From the IMG/VR virus record IMGVR_UViG_3300042465_005589, positions 254,165 to 318,164 of that record: 64,000 nucleotides of DNA. One strand, 5' to 3'. Below are positions 10,537-21,000 of the stretch, piece by piece. The position numbers and the translations under genes are program-made. The notes under the pieces are model-generated. The model was given only the letters and a program-made list of their open reading frames with translations. It made no database searches and was not told the DNA's origin. Positions within the stretch are counted from its first letter, which is position 1; every line of letters starts with the position of its first letter.

Positions 10537-10761
10537 TTAACCGTTTAATAGTTGTTTTACACCTGTTAAAGTTTCAACTTGAATTTTTTTATTTTTATTT
10601 AATGTGTTATCAACTCTTTCTATTAAACCATCTTTCATTCTGATAGTATAACAGTCACCAGTATCTAAATCACATACTTGTTTAGAACCATCTCCCAAAT
10701 CTTTTTCGGTACTTCTGGTATTTTTACCTAAATAGTTGTCTAATATTAATTTCGTGTTCAT
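10537..10761 (-). CDS. Hypothetical protein
   Basis: 74-aa ORF with promoter motif at 10773-10780. Confidence 0.65.
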   Translation of the reverse strand: MNTKLILDNYLGKNTRSTEKDLGDGSKQVCDLDTGDCYTIRMKDGLIERVDNTLNKNKKIQVETLTGVKQLLNG

Positions 10762-10804
10762 AATCTTTTATTTATAAATATCTTTTATTTTGAAAAAATT
10801 TAAT

Positions 10805-13800
10805 TTAACATGTTGTTCCGTTTCTTGAACACGGTTTTCCGTCCCAAATAATCTCTGAACCTGTATATGGTTCACTATAACAATTACAACAAATATTATC
10901 TTTAATTGCCTCCCATTTACCCACCTCAACTATTTGACCATATTTATAATCTTCATCCGGACAACTAATTGGTAAAAGAACTCTTGAATATCCATACCTA
11001 ATATCCGGAAACGCATTAATTTTAATTATAAGCGTAAATTCATATGTTTTGTCATTTCTAGCCGTTTCTAAAATTTCATTAATATTAGTAACAGAAACAA
11101 ATGTTCCAACATTTTTATTAGTTGTCGGTTTTATTGTAAAAGCACCAATTTGCACATTATTCATTCCTCCTGAAATATATAATTTAGCGGGATAGTCTTG
11201 GGTTAATAATTCATCTTGATTGCCAACCTCAAAACTACCACTAAGAACATCATTTTTTATTACAAGATTATCTAACGAATCCGTATTAAATTTTTTAGCA
11301 TTTTCAAAAAGTGCCTCATTACTATTTGTAGTTGGTGGTGTATTTGGTGGTGGCGTCCCACTTACATTTCCACTACCGGTTTTAAATAGGTCAATAGATT
11401 GTTGAACACTAGTTTCCATCTGACTTAATTGACTCGGATTATCTTTAACCAATTTGTTATAAACATCAATATTTTCAGCATTTGCCGAAAAATATAATGT
11501 ATAAAATTTAGTAATCTCTTTAGCAGTTATTTCAGGTAATTGTGTAACTCTACCTTTCCATCTTTGAATTAAAAAGGTAACGTGTTTTGATAAATCTGAA
11601 AAAATTGAATAAGGCTCATCACTTGAAATACAATAATATTGTTGATTAAAGTACGATTCTCCTGTGGCACCCCAATTTTGTAATAAATTAACACCTGAAT
11701 AGTTATTTTCTTTTGTTTCTAATTCAGTTCCATTTGACGAACCTAAATAAATCGCCGCAAAAACTAAATACCTTAATTTTTGGTCTTGAGTTTGAACTAT
11801 AATTGTACTGATAGCATCTTTATATTTAGATTTAGTTGTTGTTGGAGAACTAACATTAACATATTTTTCATAATTACTTATTTTTGGTTTACAATTTGGA
11901 TTAGTTGACACACTATTAGCTTCTTTAGATGATGCTTGTTTAACCTTGTCATTAGCTTGACTAATAACATCAGTTCCTTTTGTACCACTTTCTTTTATCG
12001 CCGCTTGTTTATCTTGTTTGTTTTTCTCAATAATAGACGTTAATAAATTAGTTTTTAATGTTTGGATGTAACTATCAATTTCCGGTAAATTTGAAATGGA
12101 TTGCCTAATACCTTTAAAAACTGTCTCAAATGTTCCCGGACCAATACTATGATTAACTTCCTGAATCATATATGCCCCACTAAACATTGGTACATGTCTT
12201 AAATTAAAATACATTGTTGGTTGAATCATTGCATTACCCATCATAGATACAGTACAAGCATAACTTCTATTTTTATATAAGTTATATAATGAAACATTTT
12301 GAGTACCAGCCGCTTTACCTGACGATTGTTTAACTAATTCATCTGTTTGTTGTAATGACTCCGCAGTTGCTTGCCCCGCACTTTGGTCTATTTGGAACCC
12401 ATGAAAAATTGATTGATTTTGTGGTCCCACATCAACATTAAACCCAACAACTTTATTAGATTTATCCCAATCTTGTTTACCTATTTGGTCTTCAATTAAT
12501 GGATTATCACTCGCTCTTCTTAAATCAAAGGAATCCCCTTTAAATCTTACGTTAGCATTATTTTTAAAATCCGGTTGTTCACTTGGTTTTCCAGCATAAA
12601 AACAAACCATTTTAGCCGAAGAATTTCTATAATCAACATTTAAAAATGTTCCAAACATTGTATTCGCAAAATCAATAGTCCCTTCCGGTTTTGGTACAGG
12701 ATTTTTAACGGCATCTTGTACATTATAAAAATTAACATAAGACGGTATATTCATAACAACAAAATTATTTGTTACTAAAATATCTTGGACAAAAATCAAC
12801 ATACTTGTTTTAGGATTTATATTTGTCAACGTTTTTTTCAATTTATGAATATCTACTAACACTTTATCCCCAATATTTCTATTTGCTCTATCCATCAATA
12901 AAATATCTTCAAAAAGTGTCTTAGTTTTAAAATCATTTCCCGCAATCCATTTATCATTTAATGCTTTAAATGATTCCCAATATTCTAATTTTGTTTGAGG
13001 ACCTTCTAAAGCTGTTGCCAAAACAGCGTCTGGTGTACTACCAACATCCGGTAATTGTTTTTGTAATTTAGGCATTAATTTATTAATAATAATACTTTGA
13101 AATTTATCCGTACTCGCAATATACTCATTCATTAATTTAACAAATTTATTATATGTTAAAGTATTATCATTTAATTTTTGAGTCGCATAAATTTTAATAA
13201 TTGGTGCAAAAGTTTTAATATTATCAACACTAAAATCTATATTACAATCAACAAAGAAATCAGTTATATAAGAACCATTATTACTATAACGTAATTGAGG
13301 TATCTCTGAAAACCCTACATATAATTGTAACGCCTTCCATTCGTTTGGATAGTTAGTAATAGATTGAGATAGTGTAACTGTACCACCTGATGTCGGCAAT
13401 GGAGTTGGTATTTGAAATGAGTATTTACTCCACGTATATGGGTCAGCAATCAACCCATTTGAAAAAGTATAAAATAATCTTTTATCAAAACTTGCCGGAT
13501 TACCATATTTAAAAACCACGTCATAATTTAAAAATGATTGTAAAAGGTTAGATAAAACAGTTAATTGAGATTCTTGGACAGCCGAAACTAATTCAGTATT
13601 TATTGTCGTACCAGTTATTTTAGGTATTTTCATTAAATTTCTCATTAACATTTGAAAATTCTTAAAGGATTTTGTACTTTCTGTATCACTGTTTGATATA
13701 AACTCACTATCAAAATCATAAATTGATTTTGAAAAATTTAAAAATTCTGACTCAAAACTATCTAAAATTTCTTTTTCAAATACTGAGAACATTTCACTAA

Positions 13801-16800
13801 TTTCTGTGTAATCATCTTGTTTTCCATTAATAGAAAAATTTTCTTGTTTAGTATTTCCGGTAAGATTAAAAACTTGTTTTAAATATTTTAGAGGTGTTGG
13901 TTTTACAACTTTAGTAATATCAAAATACCCATAGTTAGGCGCCGACCAAAATAATCTAACAGAACCATTATACATTGCCGTATTTCCAGTTATCTCATAT
14001 TTTAATTGATTTGTTTCCTCAGTAATACATTCATTACTTGTCTGATTTATTAAAGCACCTTGTGATGGGATAATATATGATGAAGTTTTATCTAATGTTG
14101 TAATATAAACTGACCAGGGAATAACCCTTAAATCTCTTTTTGGATTATTCGGGTCAAACCCTTCTGGCATATTAATAATCGCTTCAGGCACATAATTTAA
14201 TGTAACACCTGAACTAAACCCATTTTGAATATCGGTATCGGTATAACCTGAATAAATTTGGAACCCTTGATAAAACACATTAAAATCATTAATCAATAAT
14301 GGGTAAAATCCGGTATTCATTAATGATGATGTCTCAAGACCTAATGTTGTATTTTTTTCTAATACAATATCCATTTGAGCTCCGTTAATTGTTAACCCAT
14401 AATTTCTAGATGCAGAATTTGTAACAGGGTCATAATTATGCACATAACTAAATCCGGACCACGATGTATCAATAATATCAACACCTGTCTCAACAAAATT
14501 TTTATATCGGTTCCAAACAGAACCAATTTTTAATATCCAAGCATATGGTAATTTATGTACCGCACCAAATTTTTTAAGCGTTGCAAAAATATAGTCTAAA
14601 TCCGTTACGGAATTTGTCTCATAAGTTTTGTACTTTTCTCTAAGCGTTGATAATGGTAAACTATTTAAAAACAAATAAGCTGACGCCACAAATGGATATT
14701 CACTCCCATTTCTAAAATTTTTAACACCTTCTTGAATTGAATTAGTAAAATATGGAGTGTTTAACATTGACACAGTTTGGTTACTTGACACCAATCCTGA
14801 ATAATTTAAATATCTTAAATTACCTTCTGTCGGTAATTGAGAATCAAAACTTCTATTTTCATAAAATAATTTTAAATCAAAATAATAAATTGGGGATTTA
14901 ATATTATTAAATAAAAAGTTAGTAAAAGGTCTTCTATTATCATCATTAGTAATATCTAAAAAATTAGATATTATTTTTTTATTAGTATTATACGTTAACA
15001 CTTTTGTTGTATTATACGATGATTTAATATCAGAAATTGAATTACCATTCGCCAACTCACTTTTAACCCAAGCAAAATTTGTAAATGGATATGTGTCAGT
15101 TAAATTAAAAACATTACTTGATGTTGAATTTGATATAAAATCATTAATATTTTTTTCACCCGGTAAAGAAACTAATGGTTGTGATTTAGATTCATTTAAT
15201 AAATTTTGACTTAAAAATTCAAAACTAGAATTATTAACTTTGTTTTTAATATATGATGTATTAAAGATACCTCTAATAAAGTTCTGCCAACTCTCACCTG
15301 TTCCATCATTTGAGATATGTCTCATCAAAATTTCAAAATTACCCGCATTAACACCAAACTCTTTTAATTTTTTAATAATAAAAGGATTATCATTTGATAA
15401 ACTTTGAATAATATTAATACTTTCTGCTTCAGCGATAACGTCTGTTACTTTATCCGCATCCTGAGTATTACCATTACTTCTTAATAAACCTGAGTAGTTA
15501 GATGTTAAAAATATTCTTTCAAATATTTCATAAAAATATTTAATTTCTTCTTTATTATCATAAACAGCATTACTAATTGGAAATTCAATTGCGTCTAACG
15601 AAACTCTTTGAATGTCGGTTACAGGATTTGAGGTTTCTGTCGGGTCAGCCGGTGGTTTTACTGTTTGAGTTGTTGCTCTAATAAATTCTTCAACAAATTC
15701 AACTTCAGGCCATAAATCTGTTAAATACGCTTTAGTTTGACTTATAACATTTTTATCTCCCGGATAAGTTAATTCAAATTTTTCACGACCATCTTTACCT
15801 GAAGTCGCTGTCAACATTTGAGGCCAAGGATATATTGGTAATGTTTTATTATCACCAGATGTTAAATTATCTACAGAAGCATTTGCTGTTTCAGGATTTA
15901 AAATTGAGTTTCTTCTGGCTTTAATTTGTGTATCATTTAAATTCCAAGCTTGTACATGAACATCATCCATTAATCTTAGGAATGCTTCACCATTTGCAAA
16001 AATAACCGCCAATACATTTCTAATATTTGGAACAAATCCAATACCATTATCTTTCTTTTGTAATAAATTAGTTAAAGCCTCTGTTAATTCTTCTTGAATA
16101 TTTTCTTTAGCTTTTTTAACAAGTGTAGCCATTTGATTAATTAAATCTTCAAATCTATCTTTACCCTCAAATATATAAAATAGGAATTTTTTTTCTTCAG
16201 AACCTTTTTTATTTACTATCACTAATGAATTAAAAATTCCTTCAGTTGCTAGTTGATTTTTAAATTCCTGAAGTTGTAATGGTGTTGGTTGTGTTGATAA
16301 TTTTTTTCTTTGACGATAGGTTTCTTCAACATTAACATCGTTTTCTTTTGGTTCTACGGGAAATATACTTGGTTTAATTTTAAATGGTACTTTTGAATCA
16401 GTATTTGTTTTACCATCAATGGTATATTTACCATTAACACCACAAACAGGATTTTTATCCATTTTTTCTTGAGCTTCACTAATAATACCTTGTAGTTTAG
16501 CCAAAGCGGCATCTCTTTTTGTAGCAGTATTTATTTCAGGTTTAAATGTATACACCTTACTACCTTCAGTAATTCCATTAACACCATTAACACCTTTCAT
16601 AACTAAATAATTTTCAGTATCCATATATGTATAAAACCATGAAGTTCCGGCACCGGCATAAACATCCTTATCTAAATTACCCAACAATCTTTGATATTCT
16701 TCAACATAAGTTAATGGGTCTAAATTTTGTTGTGAAAATGAAGATAAAATATTTTTAATAAAATTTTCAATCCTATTTTTCATTTGTACAACAGTAATTT

Positions 16801-17707
16801 CAGGAAAATCATCAGGTATCATACCTTTTGATTTATATTCACTATATAACTCTCTAACTTTTTGATACCCTCTTGAAACAATAGAATCTTGGACGTTTGA
16901 AAAATTACTAGAACCCCCTTTAACTGTTTGTATATTAACTCTAGATTGATACATATGTGGGACAGCAATTAATGCCGCCATAGGTACCTCACTTAACAAT
17001 GTATATTTGTAAGTAAAAAATTGTAATTTAATTTTAAAATTTCCATTAGATGTGTCATATCTAGTTGAAAATGTTTGTAACATTAATTTTAATTTAACCG
17101 CTTTACCATAAAACCCTTTTATTGTTAATTGAAACATTGGATATGGTAAATTAAAAAATGCGGCGTATGGTGAATTATCACCCGCCTCAAACATGGCTCT
17201 ACCTTTAACATCTTCTAATTCAATAGTGATTGAAGGTAAAAAATCTAAACCTTGTCTAATATTAATTGATGTAATACCCAACAATCCATTATCAACTGAG
17301 GCTTGTTTACCCCCTGAATTAATAGTTTGTCTAATGTAAAAATCGCTACTTTTATTTGGGTTTGAAACTGATGTTAGTTTTGGTTGATTTACACCATTAC
17401 CTTTTATCGTATCTTTACCGGTTAATTCATCTGTATACGAATTATCTAGAAATGTTTTATCACCCGGTTTTAAAAAATTAATAGTGGCTATTGAAACTGT
17501 TTGTACTTGGTCGTTATTTGCAACACCAAGTGCTAATTTGGTACGAGGTAAAACTTTACACTCCAAATTAGCATACATTACTAAATTTTCCTGCTTAACA
17601 TATCGTTCTTGTACTTTTCCGTCATTATCTATAACTTTATTTGGGTCAATGATTGATATGTTATTATAATCAAACTCAACTAATATATTTTCCGATTTAT
17701 CTACCAT
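10805..17707 (-). CDS. Large baseplate hub/tail protein (gp27/late control D-like segment)
   Basis: 2300 aa in the tail module; CTVSMMGNAMIQPTMYFNLRHVPMFSGAYMIQEVNHSI...FETVFKGIR resembles hub-protein C-terminal strands. Confidence 0.6.
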   Translation of the reverse strand: MVDKSENILVEFDYNNISIIDPNKVIDNDGKVQERYVKQENLVMYANLECKVLPRTKLALGVANNDQVQTVSIATINFLKPGDKTFLDNSYTDELTGKDTIKGNGVNQPKLTSVSNPNKSSDFYIRQTINSGGKQASVDNGLLGITSINIRQGLDFLPSITIELEDVKGRAMFEAGDNSPYAAFFNLPYPMFQLTIKGFYGKAVKLKLMLQTFSTRYDTSNGNFKIKLQFFTYKYTLLSEVPMAALIAVPHMYQSRVNIQTVKGGSSNFSNVQDSIVSRGYQKVRELYSEYKSKGMIPDDFPEITVVQMKNRIENFIKNILSSFSQQNLDPLTYVEEYQRLLGNLDKDVYAGAGTSWFYTYMDTENYLVMKGVNGVNGITEGSKVYTFKPEINTATKRDAALAKLQGIISEAQEKMDKNPVCGVNGKYTIDGKTNTDSKVPFKIKPSIFPVEPKENDVNVEETYRQRKKLSTQPTPLQLQEFKNQLATEGIFNSLVIVNKKGSEEKKFLFYIFEGKDRFEDLINQMATLVKKAKENIQEELTEALTNLLQKKDNGIGFVPNIRNVLAVIFANGEAFLRLMDDVHVQAWNLNDTQIKARRNSILNPETANASVDNLTSGDNKTLPIYPWPQMLTATSGKDGREKFELTYPGDKNVISQTKAYLTDLWPEVEFVEEFIRATTQTVKPPADPTETSNPVTDIQRVSLDAIEFPISNAVYDNKEEIKYFYEIFERIFLTSNYSGLLRSNGNTQDADKVTDVIAEAESINIIQSLSNDNPFIIKKLKEFGVNAGNFEILMRHISNDGTGESWQNFIRGIFNTSYIKNKVNNSSFEFLSQNLLNESKSQPLVSLPGEKNINDFISNSTSSNVFNLTDTYPFTNFAWVKSELANGNSISDIKSSYNTTKVLTYNTNKKIISNFLDITNDDNRRPFTNFLFNNIKSPIYYFDLKLFYENRSFDSQLPTEGNLRYLNYSGLVSSNQTVSMLNTPYFTNSIQEGVKNFRNGSEYPFVASAYLFLNSLPLSTLREKYKTYETNSVTDLDYIFATLKKFGAVHKLPYAWILKIGSVWNRYKNFVETGVDIIDTSWSGFSYVHNYDPVTNSASRNYGLTINGAQMDIVLEKNTTLGLETSSLMNTGFYPLLINDFNVFYQGFQIYSGYTDTDIQNGFSSGVTLNYVPEAIINMPEGFDPNNPKRDLRVIPWSVYITTLDKTSSYIIPSQGALINQTSNECITEETNQLKYEITGNTAMYNGSVRLFWSAPNYGYFDITKVVKPTPLKYLKQVFNLTGNTKQENFSINGKQDDYTEISEMFSVFEKEILDSFESEFLNFSKSIYDFDSEFISNSDTESTKSFKNFQMLMRNLMKIPKITGTTINTELVSAVQESQLTVLSNLLQSFLNYDVVFKYGNPASFDKRLFYTFSNGLIADPYTWSKYSFQIPTPLPTSGGTVTLSQSITNYPNEWKALQLYVGFSEIPQLRYSNNGSYITDFFVDCNIDFSVDNIKTFAPIIKIYATQKLNDNTLTYNKFVKLMNEYIASTDKFQSIIINKLMPKLQKQLPDVGSTPDAVLATALEGPQTKLEYWESFKALNDKWIAGNDFKTKTLFEDILLMDRANRNIGDKVLVDIHKLKKTLTNINPKTSMLIFVQDILVTNNFVVMNIPSYVNFYNVQDAVKNPVPKPEGTIDFANTMFGTFLNVDYRNSSAKMVCFYAGKPSEQPDFKNNANVRFKGDSFDLRRASDNPLIEDQIGKQDWDKSNKVVGFNVDVGPQNQSIFHGFQIDQSAGQATAESLQQTDELVKQSSGKAAGTQNVSLYNLYKNRSYACTVSMMGNAMIQPTMYFNLRHVPMFSGAYMIQEVNHSIGPGTFETVFKGIRQSISNLPEIDSYIQTLKTNLLTSIIEKNKQDKQAAIKESGTKGTDVISQANDKVKQASSKEANSVSTNPNCKPKISNYEKYVNVSSPTTTKSKYKDAISTIIVQTQDQKLRYLVFAAIYLGSSNGTELETKENNYSGVNLLQNWGATGESYFNQQYYCISSDEPYSIFSDLSKHVTFLIQRWKGRVTQLPEITAKEITKFYTLYFSANAENIDVYNKLVKDNPSQLSQMETSVQQSIDLFKTGSGNVSGTPPPNTPPTTNSNEALFENAKKFNTDSLDNLVIKNDVLSGSFEVGNQDELLTQDYPAKLYISGGMNNVQIGAFTIKPTTNKNVGTFVSVTNINEILETARNDKTYEFTLIIKINAFPDIRYGYSRVLLPISCPDEDYKYGQIVEVGKWEAIKDNICCNCYSEPYTGSEIIWDGKPCSRNGTTC

Positions 17708-18023
17708 AATAAAAGAAGTAATTTTCTAGGTCATTGTTGTAATCCTGTAAAGACGCTATTAAAGGATAGGGTATTGTCAAGATAGCCCCATCGGGGATAT
17801 TCCACTCTTGACCAGCATATAGTGGATTTGCTTGTAATATTAACCAACTAAAGAAAGGACTACCATAATATTGTTGAGAAACTTTATCTAATCTAGATTG
17901 AGCAACTTTAAAAATATATCTTTTGTCTGTAGATTTACTTGGCAGAGCAATATATGGTACAACTGTTTGTTGTCCATTAACGATAAAATTATTGTATCTA
18001 TTATAATAATCTTTAGTACCCAT
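17697..18023 (-). CDS. Baseplate wedge protein, gp53/LysM-like
   Basis: RLDKVSQQYYGSPFFSWLILQANP...GAILTIP. Confidence 0.7.
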   Translation of the reverse strand: MGTKDYYNRYNNFIVNGQQTVVPYIALPSKSTDKRYIFKVAQSRLDKVSQQYYGSPFFSWLILQANPLYAGQEWNIPDGAILTIPYPLIASLQDYNNDLENYFFYYGR

Positions 18024-18025
18024 AA

Positions 18026-21000
18026 TTAATCAAATTTTATTTTACCATCAAACGTTAATTTATCATTATTAACATTTACAGTTTTATATAAATTAGCAAT
18101 ATCTGTTTTTTGTTGTGTTTCAGTTGCAGGGTCAGGAACCGTAGTATAAGTAAACTTTCTCAATTTACCTTTAGGATAAGCCGGTTGATTTACAAATTTT
18201 AAATAAGATTCTTTTCCTTTAATCGTTTTAATAAATTTTTCTTCAGCAATTAATTCTTTTTTAGTTAAATCGGCAAAATCATCACAAATATTATTAAATT
18301 TTCTAACTAATTTATTATCACTTTTTAATTCTCCGCTAATGATAGCATTCTTAAATTGTGTTAATTTATTTTTATCATTAAATATTTGAGCCATTACCAT
18401 AAATTGTCTTTTATCCTGAACTGACGCTGTTGCAAAATCTTTTGAAATTGGTTCAAATTCACCAGGACCTTCATATGGTACAGTAACTGTTGTAATTATT
18501 TTTTCAGCATCCATTAACACATTAAAATCGTCTAATCTAATACCAACTAAACGATAGTCATCACACAATTCTTGATATGTGTCTAATGGAGACCCAAGAC
18601 TAGCGGTATTAACTTCGGTTGTACCTGAAATAGTATAAACACGAGGAATCCCGGTGTCTAAAATTTTACCATCCGTTTTAGTTGTTACTAAATTTATTTT
18701 TCTAATAATTTGAACCATACTTTGTTCTAATATTACAATTTCTTGAATTTTAGTGAATAAACCACTACTATAACCCCCTTTTAATGTGGTAATATATTGA
18801 TTCATATTTGTTTTAACTCGTTGAATTGTCGCATCTGTAAATTTATAACCCACTAATCTTGATATTATATAATTTTGATTAGTTGGATTATCAGCATTAA
18901 TATCTGATATAAATGTACTAAATAATGAATCCACTTTAGTTTCAACACCTTCCGGTTTTCCATAAATTGGAGCTAATATACTACTAGAATTTAAACTTAT
19001 TTCTCCCGAAGTATACAATCTATCCTGAGTTATTAATTGCCACACACCATAATTGTATGATTTCACAATACTATCACTTTGATTTAAAACATTTGTATAA
19101 TATTCTTTCGTAGCATCTAATATTTTATCCATAATACTCATATAGGTAATTTCCCCTGTTTGACCACTAGTAACCGGAATGTTAGTTAATATGTCACCAA
19201 TAGTATTTCCACCATCATTAGTAATTTCATTTTGAACATTATTAACAGTAACCGGTGGTTGAGCATTTAATATTGATTGGATTAATGTAGCATCTAACGC
19301 TGAAGTATCTTCTGTCCATTTAGCCCTTTCATCATAAATTTCAGTATTTGCGTAGAAATTAAATGACAACGCGTTTTGTAATTGTTCGACAGGTCTAGCA
19401 AGTCCCATACCACCAATCATATCAAAACTTAAATTTACGTTAGCTAACATCGGTTGAATACCAATTCCTTCCGGATTCATATCCAACAATAATGGTTCAT
19501 ATGTAAATGATATTGTTTTTGGAATTATTTTTCCGTTATAGAAATCCCCAATTCTCAATACTAATACCGGTGGCGCTCCAAATGAAGTATTAACCGCATC
19601 ATTATATTTTGGTTTACCGTCCGCGCCTATCACAGGAATTGTTTCACCAGGTCTAACACATTGATTTAAAAATGTAAGTCTAGAATTTAAACCTTCAGGT
19701 GTCATAGAGTGAAAAGCGGGATTGAAAAATTTAATTTTATCCGCTATAGACCCATATACCATAGGATTAGTTTCTTTAATAACATCAAAATAGTCACATT
19801 CAGTTAATAATTGTCTAATAATTCTTTTCCCAATACCTTCTTTTAATTTTTGTTCAATTGTAACTGTCTGAACAGGTTTAATCGTATTAATTGTTGTATT
19901 GGTCACTTCAGGCGTTATTATTTCCGCCTTTTCAGGTGGTTTTACTATAGTTGTTGGAGCAATTGGTGCAATTGCAATACTATTAATTTTAACTCTTCTA
20001 CATGCCATAGCATCTGTTGAATATGTCTCAGCTTTTTTGTTAGAAACATCTGTACCCGATGATGATACAACATTTTTAGTACATTCAACTTGCGTTCCCG
20101 TACCAGACTCACTTTGAGGAATAGATATTTTTTCACCTTCACCACTTTGTAATGTAATTTGTAAAGTTCCATTTTCAAAAAATGGTGCTAAATTAGCTTC
20201 ACCTATTTTATACTCTTTCAAAAATTGGATAACCGAATCATTTCTTCGTTTAGATAAATTTGTGTTATACGGTACACTAGCAGTTGCTGATGCTGAACCA
20301 ACCATCTGAATATTTATAGTACCTTTTTTTTCTTTTAATATGTTATAAGCGTCAACAATGAAGTTTTTATCATTAAGTGCAATTTTTTTATAATTATCCT
20401 TAACAATATTAGTAAAGAACTCCCCAACATTTCTATTAGTAACACCAACATTAAAAATTGCGCTTGCAGTATCAACATATGTTTTAATATTTCCGTCACT
20501 AGTATATGTTTCATATGTTTCATTATAAGGAACTGAAGAAACAACACCTTTTGAGTTTGGGTCAGGAATATCATTATCAAAATAAAACGCTAACTGAGAA
20601 TAATTCTTTTTGAAATCGTCAATTGAAGTATCCGGATTTGTCGTACTATTTGTTGCATCACCAGGCGTTCCCGCACCTCCTTGAGTTACAGAATTTTCTC
20701 TTGGAATACTAGCACTTACACTTTTTAATTCTTCATTCGTTAAATTTGGTTTACTTAAAATCTCTTGATACGTATATAAATCCTTTGTTGGTATAGTATT
20801 AAATTTTAACGCCAATTCATAAATATCATACTTAACACAACCAGCAAAAAATGAATCAATAATTGAATTAATCCTTTCTTTATTTTGTCCTTTTAATTGT
20901 TTTTCCACAACAGCATTCATTACAGATGGACTATCAACAATAATCTTCCAACTTAAACTCCCTGTTCTACTTGTATTTTTATATGTGTAAATTGGTTCAG

